From: an uncultured Planctomycetota bacterium
GTDB lineage: Bacteria > Planctomycetota > Planctomycetia > Pirellulales > Lacipirellulaceae
Reading direction: 5' to 3'
Length of the DNA stretch: 64,000 nt
Assembly: GCA_963719315.1 (NCBI GenBank)
Contig: CAVRBU010000001.1
Coordinates: forward strand, 352,001 to 416,000
The notes below the pieces were generated by a model. It ran no database searches, was not told the origin of the DNA, and worked only from the letters and a program-made list of their open reading frames with translations. Below, in pieces: positions 10,934 through 19,849 of this stretch; positions within the stretch are counted from its first letter, which is position 1, and the number at the start of each line of letters is the position of its first letter. The position numbers and the translations under genes were made by a program.

Positions 10934-11761
10934 ATGACGCTGCTTTCGATGAACGAGGTAACGACCTTTCGTTGGTCGTTCGAGCAAGATGTCGAAATCT
11001 ACCAGGAGGCCGGTTACAGCGGTATTGGCGTATGGCGACATAAAGTGTCGGACGGCGACGAAGATCAGGCGATTGACCTGGTGTCTTCGAGCGGGCTTAG
11101 TGTCACTCACCTTGCATGGGCCGGCGGCTTCACGGGCAGCGATGGCCGAACGCTCGCGGAAAGCGTGGCCGACGCCCTTGAAGCTTTGCGTTTGGCCGCT
11201 GCTCTGCGGGCCGGTTGCCTCGTAATTTACTCCGGCGGGCGAAACAACCACACTTTTAGACACGCGGGCAGGCTGCTGCGTATGGCGCTCGACGAACTCT
11301 TGCCACTCGCCGAAGCGATCGACGTGCCGCTGGCGATCGAGCCGATGCACGCCGCCTGTGCGCGCGATTGGACGTTTCTGACCGACTTGACATCGGTCAT
11401 CACGTTGATTGAAGAATTCGGCAGTCCCTGCCTCAAAATCGCCTACGACACCTATCATTTCCCGATCCACGGCCGGAAGCGCGAAGTGCTCAAGCGAATT
11501 GCCCCGTACATCGGGATCGTGCACCTGGGTGATCGCCGGCAAGCGCCAAGCGTCGAACAGGAACGGTGCCCGTTGGGGCTCGGCCGGCTTCAATTAGGCG
11601 AAGTAATCGGTACGCTGCAAGAGGCCGGTTATACGGGTGACTACGACGTCAAACTTTTCGGATCCGAAGTCGAAGCGTACGACTATTGGACACTCCTCGA
11701 ACAATCGCAGCTCACGTTCGCTGAACTGGCGCCCGTTGCGACGCAACAGTCTCTCGCATGA
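10934..11761 (+). CDS. Sugar phosphate isomerase/epimerase (AP endonuclease 2 TIM barrel) family
   Basis: LAIEPMH, YDTYH, VHLGD and PLGLGRL metal-site pattern. Confidence 0.88.
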   Translation: MTLLSMNEVTTFRWSFEQDVEIYQEAGYSGIGVWRHKVSDGDEDQAIDLVSSSGLSVTHLAWAGGFTGSDGRTLAESVADALEALRLAAALRAGCLVIYSGGRNNHTFRHAGRLLRMALDELLPLAEAIDVPLAIEPMHAACARDWTFLTDLTSVITLIEEFGSPCLKIAYDTYHFPIHGRKREVLKRIAPYIGIVHLGDRRQAPSVEQERCPLGLGRLQLGEVIGTLQEAGYTGDYDVKLFGSEVEAYDYWTLLEQSQLTFAELAPVATQQSLA

Positions 11762-12195
11762 CGGCACCCACAACGCTCCGTATCAACGCGCAACTGGCCA
11801 TCCCGCGGAGCGAGATTCGATTCACGTTTGTGCGCAGCTCTGGCCCAGGCGGTCAGAATGTAAACAAAGTGGCCTCCAAGGCCGTGCTAAGGTGGTCGCC
11901 CACAAGAAGCATATCGCTGCCGGACGACGTTCGTAGCCGCCTGGTGGTCCAATGTGGGCGGCGGATTAACGACCGCGGTGAACTCGTTTTGTCCAGTCAG
12001 CGGTATCGCGATCAGGCGAAAAACATCGACGATTGCTTGGAAAAATTGCGCGGTTTGATTGGGGCAGCCGCCGTACCCCCCAAAAAACGCAAAAGAACTC
12101 GCTTGCCAAAAGGCGCCCGCGAGTCCCGCCTGCAGCAGAAACGAGTTACGTCCGACAAGAAGCGCAGCCGCGGTTCGTCGTCGTTCGAGGACTAA
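11758..12195 (+). CDS. arfB: Alternative ribosome rescue peptidyl-tRNA hydrolase ArfB (YaeJ)
   Basis: RSSGPGGQNVNKV (GGQ motif) and a basic C-terminal tail. Confidence 0.95.
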   Translation: MTAPTTLRINAQLAIPRSEIRFTFVRSSGPGGQNVNKVASKAVLRWSPTRSISLPDDVRSRLVVQCGRRINDRGELVLSSQRYRDQAKNIDDCLEKLRGLIGAAAVPPKKRKRTRLPKGARESRLQQKRVTSDKKRSRGSSSFED

Positions 12196-12235
12196 CTGCC
12201 TAAATGCCGTGTTTAATCTGAAGAATTAGCTAGCT

Positions 12236-12251
12236 TTGGCATAACAGTTGC
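12236..12251 (+). promoter_or_regulatory. Near-consensus sigma54 promoter
   Basis: TTGGCATAACAGTTGC, compared with consensus TGGCAC-N5-TTGC. Confidence 0.7.
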
Positions 12252-12278
12252 CCGTAGTCGTGGGTGCAAGTTTTCGCT

Positions 12279-13808
12279 GGGTGGGCGTCTTTTTTGTTGG
12301 TGGTATTAGACGGCAGTCTGATACCAGAAGCCTTCCCACTGTCCGGGCTGGCCGAGGAACAGGGCGCGGAGGTGGCAGACGCTGTCGCTGCCGGGCTCTC
12401 GCCAGCGCATCCCGCTGCCTTTGAGCCGTCCTCCCACGACCAGCTTGCACGCGGCTTCCACCGGACCGGAGCCGATCATCCAACCGCGGGTCAAGTACGT
12501 GGGATAGTCCATGCGATGGACGTTGTTCCGCACGTATTGTGCTTGTTGTCGGTAGCACTCCCGCTGGGCCTCGTTCCAGTCGCTCTGATCGAGCGATTCC
12601 CAACTGGCCACGAGCGCTGCTCCTCCTTCGTGCTTGAGCTTGTGACACCAGTCACGTTGTCGTTTGGCAAAGGCGCCGTCATCGCCCGGGTGAAGCGCAC
12701 GAGCCAATTCGGCCACGTGCTCACTGGCATGGTAAAAGTCGAGGATCCGCACCGCCAGCGGCGCGTTCTTCTCGATGAAACGCTCCAAGCAAGGAGCGCC
12801 GTCGGTCAGCGCGATCTGTTGCTCGGCGTGGTCCCAGCCGACCTGCGCGGCCTGCCGGCGCCATTGCAGCCCCAAATCGTCTAAATCATGAAAACCGGCC
12901 AAATACCGCACTTGGTGTGGATCTTGGGCTGGTTGTTCCTCGAACGGCGAACGCGCATTGAAGACCATCGCCACCGCGGCCATCCGCGACTCCGCCGGGC
13001 CACCGCCGATGGCCTGCTGCGGCACCCCCGTGTGATCGACGGCCAGGTAGGCGCAGCGCCGACCCTCGGCATCCCGTTGCCAAAGCCAGTCTTCCTGGGG
13101 GCCAAACGTTTGCTTGGCCGCGAGTTTCGCTCCCAAGCGTTGGCCCGCTTCTTCCGTGACGCGCAGCACGGTCGACTCCGCCAACCGAATGCCACTCATG
13201 CGGACCAAGGCTCGTTCGGCCGCCAAGCCAAAGCTGCTCAGCGTGCCGGCCAGCGACGCCAGTTCCTCCGCGCCGGGCGTGACGTGCCGCGGGGTGAGGC
13301 CCAGCCGCTCGTCCCAGGGCTGCTGGCTCGCGCCGCACTGGCAGCAGTAGTAATAGGTCCGCGTCAAACGGATGTCTCCCAGCAGGCTGACCAATCCTTT
13401 CGTTCGCCAGTCGATGAACTTCGCGCTGCCGCCGCAGGAGCAGGCTAAGCTAGCTCCCTGATAAGCGCCCCTTTTTTACACACTCGTTGGTGGCGGTCTC
13501 CAGCACGTTCGCTCCCAAATCGAACAACATGTCCCGCAACTCGAACTCGCCGCGGCCCAACAACTCCTCGGGCTTCTTCGCCGCCATCATCCGCGCCATG
13601 TTCTTCAACTGCTGTTCGGCCTGGCCCTTGAGCGACTCGTAAATCCGCTCCGCCGCCGCTTCCTCTTCCGCTGTCAGGTCCAGTTCCAACGCCTTGATCT
13701 GCTTGGCCATCGCTCTGCTCTCCGGTCTTCGAGTTCGAGAATTACCCCCCAATTGTCACAGACCCTTCAGCAGAGCAGATTTCCCCCCAACAATCGAGAC
13801 GCCTACCC
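12279..13808 (-). mobile_element. ISKra4-family insertion sequence, 1530 bp, apparently complete
   Basis: Terminal IRs GGGTGGGCGTCTTTTTTGTTGG (12279-12300) and GGGTAGGCGTCTCGATTGTTGG (13808-13787), 18/22 identical; flanking direct repeat GTTTTCGC(T/C) at 12270-12278 and 13809-13817. Confidence 0.88.
12306..13710 (-). CDS. ISKra4-family DDE transposase, expressed from two ORFs by a -1 frameshift at A AAA AAG (13477-13471)
   Basis: ORF1 MAKQIK...ECVKK continues in the -1 frame as RGAYQGASLACSCGG...YYYCCQCG; motifs LTDGAP, ILDFYHASEH, RMDYPTY and IGSGPVEAACK..V..RLKGSGMRW. Confidence 0.9.
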
Positions 13809-13885
13809 GTTTTCGCCGGTCAGCAAAGTTTTGAGGTAGATTTGTGATGCTGGCGCGGTATATTGATCGTGCCTCTTCAGCGGGC

Positions 13886-14076
13886 AAGGAATCATCTCGG
13901 CAGCTTATCATCAGAACCCGCTGTCTTTATTCTCATTTCATTCGTTGATAAGGCCCTGACAAAAGGACGCACCACGAACGGCGCAGTCCGCAAAGGATGC
14001 AGCGCCGTAGAGGGTACGTGTCCGGCGGCCGATAACAACGGAGAGCCTTACGTTTCCATAGGGAATCAGCAAAGGA
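13886..14076 (+). promoter_or_regulatory. ANGGA-rich leader, putative multiple CsrA-binding sites
   Basis: AAGGA 13886, AAGGA 13963, AAGGA 13993, ACGGA 14038, AGGGA 14060 and AAGGA 14072 (the last is the RBS). Confidence 0.55.
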
Positions 14077-14083
14077 AGTCGTT

Positions 14084-14545
14084 ATGTCCACAATGAATGA
14101 TTCGAGCATTTCCGCCGCATGCTTGGAACATCAAGTTTTCGAGCACATCAAGCAAGCGCTCCTGGTGACGCTGAACTGGCAGGCGCCGGTCGTGGGCATG
14201 CCGCGTAAGTTGTCGAGTTTGCAATTCACGATCAAGTCGTTCCAGCGGCACCTCGAGCGCGTGCTTTCGATCGAAGAAGGCGGCGGCTACATGGCCGACG
14301 CCATGGAATCTAAGCCGCATTTTCAGGCTCGAGTCGAGCAGCTTGCCAAGGACCACGTGCGTTACCGCGAGCGACTGCGAAAACTCATTCCGGAACTCAA
14401 CGATACGAAAGAGTGGGAAGAGCCGCGATTCGAGCGGATTTGCAGCGAGTTGCGGACGCTGATCGCCGATCTCGAACAGCACAACGCGCGCGAAATCGAA
14501 CTGCTCCAGGAAAGTACGCTGGTCGACGAGGGCGGCGAGGGCTGA
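14084..14545 (+). CDS. Hemerythrin (HHE) domain protein
   Basis: Helical 153 aa protein with EH...RHLERVLSIEE...DH...QHNARE His/Glu ligand spacing; AAGGA RBS. Confidence 0.75.
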   Translation: MSTMNDSSISAACLEHQVFEHIKQALLVTLNWQAPVVGMPRKLSSLQFTIKSFQRHLERVLSIEEGGGYMADAMESKPHFQARVEQLAKDHVRYRERLRKLIPELNDTKEWEEPRFERICSELRTLIADLEQHNAREIELLQESTLVDEGGEG

Positions 14546-14908
14546 GCGACCCTTCCAGCACTTTGTGCAAGTATTTCTAGCGGGCTGTCCACGTTCGATT
14601 GATGGGTGAGCATGTCTTGGACGGAATCATGCCTACGCCGCCGCGGCGAAGGCATGCCACCCAGCATTTCACTAGTGACAGAGCACTTGAAAGTGGCAGC
14701 GACTGCATTGCCGGCAGACTTCTCTACTCCTCGCGCCGGGACGCTTTCAGCGTCACTGCGGCGCAACATTGACCACCGTTGACTTAATTTTTTGCAACTC
14801 GGTGTGTAACTGTTCACTGCCAGTAGTGAACGGAACTCTTGCTGTCATTCGTCGTTAACTTCTTGGCCGGCAGCCTCTTCCGGCATTCGTGATTTATTTG
14901 GCCGCACC

Positions 14909-14924
14909 TTGGCACGCCGAGTGC
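14909..14924 (+). promoter_or_regulatory. Putative sigma54 promoter of csrA-1
   Basis: TTGGCACGCCGAGTGC, GG-N10-GC. Confidence 0.65.
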
Positions 14925-15065
14925 GTACTACGGGAGCAGGGCCGCTCGGAAACGCCGGCCCTGGCGAGGGCAGTGGCTGTTGCTGTCATCGCCTGTATGG
15001 GAGGACGGTCAGGACTGATCGGAGTAGTGGCAGATTCTTTTCATCACCAACCGAGGGAGTGTTCC

Positions 15066-15497
15066 ATGTTGGTTCTCACACGGAAGTATCAGGAAAAAAT
15101 TCGGATCGGCGACAACATCACCATTACCGTTTTGCGGATGAAGGGCAAAGCGGTGCGGCTGGGCATAGAAGCGCCCGCCGAAGTTCCGGTCGTGCGGGGT
15201 GAGCTGTCTTTCACAGGCGAGTCGGAGCCAACTGAGGCCACGGCCGCACCGACGAAGGAACTTGAAATTGCCGAAACCGAGACGATCGGCGGCGGCCGCA
15301 CTTTCGGTCGAACGGAGTGCATGAGTACGCCCTGGCCGACAAATTCGCGTCCTGCTGAAGCAAATTTGCCCGCCCGCGAGCAGGCGACAACGGTGAGCTT
15401 CAACCGCGTTCCGCGAGAGAAGGTCTCGAACATGTTGCCCAAGCTCGTCGCGGGTGCGGCGCCGCTGAGGGCGATGATGGACCAGGGACGCGGCTAA
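15066..15497 (+). CDS. csrA: Carbon storage regulator CsrA paralogue 1, with a long C-terminal extension (start ATG 15066)
   Basis: MLVLTRKYQEKIRIGDNITITVL...VRLGIEAPAEVPVVRGEL; GAGGGAG RBS. Confidence 0.92.
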   Translation: MLVLTRKYQEKIRIGDNITITVLRMKGKAVRLGIEAPAEVPVVRGELSFTGESEPTEATAAPTKELEIAETETIGGGRTFGRTECMSTPWPTNSRPAEANLPAREQATTVSFNRVPREKVSNMLPKLVAGAAPLRAMMDQGRG

Positions 15498-15571
15498 GTA
15501 GCAGCGAATGCGTCGCTCGGTTTGGAGTTGGATGTAGCTGAAATCGCCTCACAGAGAACTTGTGAAGTATG

Positions 15572-17647
15572 TTATTTGACAACCGTTGGTTCGGCTCGCT
15601 TCGCGACTTGCTCGTTGTAGCTCGCCGGGAAGTTTTGCAGTTCGGCCAACTGCTCGAACAACACGCGGCGGACCTCCAAAATGCTTTGCGGATGACGATG
15701 GACGTTGCTGTGAGCCGCGGGAACGACGATTTGAGACTCGACTTGCGGTGCGTTGTCGAGCCGCGAGCTGGTCAAAGCCACCACGCCGTCGCCTTCACCA
15801 ACGATGTATTTGCTGCTCCATCCTGGTTTGGGTTCGCGCCCGACGACGTTGTGATACGTGACCCATGGCCCGGGGCTGGCGGTTAAGAGCGTTGGCAGCA
15901 ATGGCGAGTCGGGCGATAAGGAATCGATGCTAGTCTTGATGTCGATCGGGGCGTTCGCCCGGAAAAAATGCGCATTTTGCGCCAGCAGTTGGTCGCGGCG
16001 TTCCAGCATCTTATGCGGCAACGAGATCAGCTTGCTGCCGGCCCAACGCGTAATGTCGTTGGCAATTGGGCTGCCGCGGTGAGGCGTGCCGAGCGTCACG
16101 ACACGGCGCACCGAAGGGTTCGGCCGAAAGTAAAATGTAGTCGCTAATGCGCGGACCGTGTCCGGGTCGGCCTTGAGTTCGGCGAAAGGATGATCGCTCA
16201 TCGTGTGCCAAAAGGCATCGGAGCTTTCGACGGTTTGCAGCTTGGCGATCAAGCCGCCCATACTGTGGCCGACGAGCACCATTTCATCCAACGCGGGGTC
16301 TTGCCGTGAAGGATCGACCTCGCGCCGCATCGTCGCCAAATCTTCACGCATTTGCGTGGCACTTATCCAGAACGGTTGACCCGTCGGGTACAGATAGAAC
16401 CAGAACTGGTAATTCTCGCGGACGAGCGGGTCGCTACGCAGGTCGTTGTACATTTCCATCCAAGTAACGGGACTCGACCATAGGCCGTGTACCATGACGA
16501 CGGGCATCTTTTTGGGGTCGAACGGCTCCAGCATGTAGAGCCCTTGTAGCTTTTTCGCGTCTCCCGGGTGAAACAGGCCGGCGGTAGAAAGATCTCGATC
16601 GCGGAACTGCGGCTGATTCAAGAAATAAGCCAGCGGCGTGCTGAGATCGGCCTCGAGCGGGACGCCGCGGTCGGCGACCTCGATCGATTTGCGGTCGAGT
16701 GGATCGTACAACTCGAGCACAAAGTGGGGCGCGGTGGGATCGGTAATGTGTGGCGTGGCCGTTCCGGCGGCAGCGGTTTCGAATTCCGCGCCGCGGCGAT
16801 GCGATTGCAAAGGGCTCTCGACCCGCAGGAACGCAGTGAGGGGAAAGCAAACGTTCGGTGGGTAGAAGTGCTCAGCCGGGTCTTGCCCGGCGTGGCTGCG
16901 GTGGACTGCAATCAGCGGCACGCCCAGGCCATATGTGTGATAGTGATTCTGTAGGCCTTGGATTTTGTAGTCGCTGACGAATTCCAGCCGATCGATGTCG
17001 TCCGGGTGCCAGCCCGTGCTGTGGACAGTGACTTCCAACGAGCAAGTCGTGTTGGCGGTCGTCACCGTGCGCGACATGCCGGGTCGAAGCTCACCCTCTT
17101 TCTGCACGAGCCGCAGCAGCCCTTCCAGCGACTGGTTGTACAGATCGGACGCACCCCGAAATTGCGGATCATACGGATTAATGGCGAGCGAACCGGGCCG
17201 TCCCCGTTCCGCTGTCTCCTCGGGCTGGAACAAATACCGATACGCGTGAATTAGCGCCGTCCCATAAAACTGCAGTGCCCGCTGGTGATGTATCTTTTCG
17301 GCCTGAGTGGCCGTGATATAAGCCACTTCGGCCATCGCGTACTCATGTTCGCGATCCGGCTCGCGGCGTTGAATATCTTCGAGCCGAGCTAGTAGAGCGG
17401 CGCGATCACCCTTGAGGTCGCTTTCCAGGTCGTACCGCCGCAAGAGCTGCATTGTACGGTCGGTCGGTTTTGGCCCGCGGGGCGACAAGAGATCCAGCGT
17501 GCCCGCCAGCGGATTGCGCGGCGTGTCGCGAACTTTCACCCACTCCGATCCGCCCACACAACCGGCGGCGAGCAACAGCACGAGGCCGATGAGCAGCGTC
17601 GAGGCTGCGTGCGGAGTCCGAGATTTGTCCGCTGGATGCGCGCGCAT
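15572..17647 (-). CDS. Alpha/beta-hydrolase (esterase/lipase-like) lipoprotein
   Basis: Lipobox LAAGC; VVMVHGLWSSP, LVGHSMGG nucleophile elbow, TPHRGS and GDGVV. Confidence 0.88.
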   Translation of the reverse strand: MRAHPADKSRTPHAASTLLIGLVLLLAAGCVGGSEWVKVRDTPRNPLAGTLDLLSPRGPKPTDRTMQLLRRYDLESDLKGDRAALLARLEDIQRREPDREHEYAMAEVAYITATQAEKIHHQRALQFYGTALIHAYRYLFQPEETAERGRPGSLAINPYDPQFRGASDLYNQSLEGLLRLVQKEGELRPGMSRTVTTANTTCSLEVTVHSTGWHPDDIDRLEFVSDYKIQGLQNHYHTYGLGVPLIAVHRSHAGQDPAEHFYPPNVCFPLTAFLRVESPLQSHRRGAEFETAAAGTATPHITDPTAPHFVLELYDPLDRKSIEVADRGVPLEADLSTPLAYFLNQPQFRDRDLSTAGLFHPGDAKKLQGLYMLEPFDPKKMPVVMVHGLWSSPVTWMEMYNDLRSDPLVRENYQFWFYLYPTGQPFWISATQMREDLATMRREVDPSRQDPALDEMVLVGHSMGGLIAKLQTVESSDAFWHTMSDHPFAELKADPDTVRALATTFYFRPNPSVRRVVTLGTPHRGSPIANDITRWAGSKLISLPHKMLERRDQLLAQNAHFFRANAPIDIKTSIDSLSPDSPLLPTLLTASPGPWVTYHNVVGREPKPGWSSKYIVGEGDGVVALTSSRLDNAPQVESQIVVPAAHSNVHRHPQSILEVRRVLFEQLAELQNFPASYNEQVAKRAEPTVVK

Positions 17648-17941
17648 GGGACGTTTGGGCAGCGGTCGCGAGTGCGCTGCAAACCCTGTTGGAGACGCTC
17701 AATCGAAGAGAATTAGCCGACGAGTTCCGGCCTTGCCGGGGCGGGGACAATAGAGAATTCCCCGCTCCGCATCAATGCGGTCCGAACTGCTAGCTGCAAT
17801 CGACCGTCTTGCAGAGAAGCGCACTAAAAATGCCGGTCCGCCCGCGCTGCACAAAGCAAGCAACGGGCGGCCCGGCATGGGCGGAGCCAAATTGGAATGG
17901 ATAAAATGGAGGCCGAAAATCCTGCTCTCAATCCGAATGAA

Positions 17942-18226
17942 TCAGGTCACACAATGGCGTCCGACTGTCTCCGCAGGCAGGTTATGAAAGATGGTTACAC
18001 TGGCCGGGTTGGCGGCCGGTTGAGCGGAATCCGCGTGGGCGTCATCCGAGTGCTCGCAGGGGCGGAATTCCCGGACCGCCCCTTCGAGCTCGCCACGAAG
18101 GATCCGCACGTTCCGCGGGGCATCGAGTGCTAGCGTCACCCGATTCCCGGCAATCCGGCGGATCTCCAAAACGATGTTATCTCCCACGTGAATCCGTTCA
18201 CCGACTTTTCGACTGAGCACCAACAT
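17942..18226 (-). CDS. csrA: Carbon storage regulator CsrA paralogue 2
   Basis: MLVLSRKVGERIHVGDNIVLEI...VTLALDAPRNVRILRGEL; AAGGAG RBS. Confidence 0.92.
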   Translation of the reverse strand: MLVLSRKVGERIHVGDNIVLEIRRIAGNRVTLALDAPRNVRILRGELEGAVREFRPCEHSDDAHADSAQPAANPASVTIFHNLPAETVGRHCVT

Positions 18227-18320
18227 CTGAAAAACTCCTTGTCCTTAATCGAACAGCGTGTAAGCCCGATCGCAGCTTGCGAGTCGAGCATGCGGTCGCG
18301 TGATGCGACTGCCTCAACAG

Positions 18321-18337
18321 AAGCAAGGGGCGTGCCG
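18321..18337 (-). promoter_or_regulatory. Putative sigma54 promoter of csrA-2
   Basis: Minus strand reads CGGCACGCCCCTTGCTT, GG-N10-GC. Confidence 0.65.
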
Positions 18338-18525
18338 CTCGCAGCGGGAGCGATAAACATATAACCCGCGGGCGTTAAATCGCGGTGAATATCGCAAGAA
18401 AAACGCGAATTCTGGCCCCAGAATCATCGCCAATGGTAGCACTTCCGCAGGGCAGATCCGGCTTGCAAGCATCTCGTTTCGAGACGGATGTCCAATTTTG
18501 AGATCAGACTACCTGGTCCCGATTG

Positions 18526-19626
18526 CTACTTCGGCGAGTTGAACCGTGGCTGCGGGAGCGGTGCCGCATCGCCGATCCGTGCGTAGGCAGAGCTAACGGG
18601 CGGTGACTTGGGAGGATCACTTTGGGGTGTTGCAGGGGCAATCATGGGTGTGCCAGAAGTTGCCGGAATGGCCGCCATATCTGTCGCAGGCGCCGGCGAA
18701 GTATCACCCGTCACTGCGGCAGACACGGGGGCTTGAGCTGCAGTCGGCTGTGATGTTGGGATTCCGGCAGGCGAAGTGGGCGTTGTTGTTGCGGTGGCTG
18801 GCGTCGAGGTTGTCGCTGGCTTTGCAGCCGGCACGGCTACCTGTTGCGATGCTAACGCCACCTTCGGATCCGATGTCCGACCACCCTTCTTGTCCTCCTT
18901 GGCGAATCGTTGTGGGGGGTTAAACACACTTTCTTGCGATACGCTCACGGCCGGCATGCGTCGCGGGATCACTTCGTTCTTGGAGTTCTCGCTCTTGATC
19001 GCGGTGCCGGCGAATTCGGTGCCCTCGTAAATCGTGCCGTGCTGGAAAGGCCCTGTGCCGAATATCCAAACATCGTTGGCCGAGCTTTCCTGGCGCACGA
19101 TTCCCGACTGCCAGACCGGCATTCCTGTCGCCCGATGGTAGGCAAACACCGCGATCTTCGCCACGCCTCGCTGGTCCTTGCGTTTAGCGATCGGGATTTC
19201 CGGGATCGCGGCCGGCACCGGCTGCACGAGCGGAATCTGCGGCACATTCATCGACGGAATGCCAAATAGCAGGTCGTTACGGTCGGTGCCGATGGCCCCC
19301 GCCCGGGCTTCCACTATGAACTCGGCATCTTCACGTTTATCCTGCAGATCGCAGCCATTGGCCAGCAGTTGTTGTCGCAATGTGCTGATGAAGTAATTGC
19401 GGTCCACCGTGTCGCTGAGCTTGGAGTCGTCCAAAAATACGGTCTGACCGGAAAGCGGCTGCAGATTCATGCTCTGCACCGCGCGGTCGATCGCGTCGGA
19501 GATCAATAACTGCTCGGTGGCAGTCCGCATCGTGTCGGTAGAGCGAGTCACTCCGCAGCCAACGATTTGCATAACACTCGCGCCGACCAGCATGGCGAAA
19601 GTCAGAAATCGGCGGATGCAAAACAT
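18526..19626 (-). CDS. Planctomycete lipoprotein (DUF6655-like) with a Pro/Ala/Thr-rich tail
   Basis: Lipobox IVGC; RTATEQLLISDAIDRAV and VEARAGAIGTD; low-complexity C-terminus. Confidence 0.7.
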   Translation of the reverse strand: MFCIRRFLTFAMLVGASVMQIVGCGVTRSTDTMRTATEQLLISDAIDRAVQSMNLQPLSGQTVFLDDSKLSDTVDRNYFISTLRQQLLANGCDLQDKREDAEFIVEARAGAIGTDRNDLLFGIPSMNVPQIPLVQPVPAAIPEIPIAKRKDQRGVAKIAVFAYHRATGMPVWQSGIVRQESSANDVWIFGTGPFQHGTIYEGTEFAGTAIKSENSKNEVIPRRMPAVSVSQESVFNPPQRFAKEDKKGGRTSDPKVALASQQVAVPAAKPATTSTPATATTTPTSPAGIPTSQPTAAQAPVSAAVTGDTSPAPATDMAAIPATSGTPMIAPATPQSDPPKSPPVSSAYARIGDAAPLPQPRFNSPK

Positions 19627-19849
19627 AAGCGCAGCGTCTCGAACGCGGGAACGAAAGGGGCAACGCGACGTTCGGCGCGTGCTAGCAAAAAATCCGCGAT
19701 CGCGGCGGCGGGATTATAGCGGAAGGCGCTACGCTCCCAAGACCAGAAGCGCATAACCAGGGAAAATAGGATGGCTAGGCTCGATGCGTAGCGACAGGCG
19801 GCCTGACTATCGCAATTATTTGCAAAACGCTGGGGCCAAGCCAACGCCC

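Noticed and set aside
14889..15065. N-terminal extensions in the ORF track (csrA-1 from 14889; also starts 8971, 26070, 30596, 38429, 58770 and 61772)
   Set aside because: They overlap neighbouring genes or promoters; downstream starts fit the RBS and family N-termini better.
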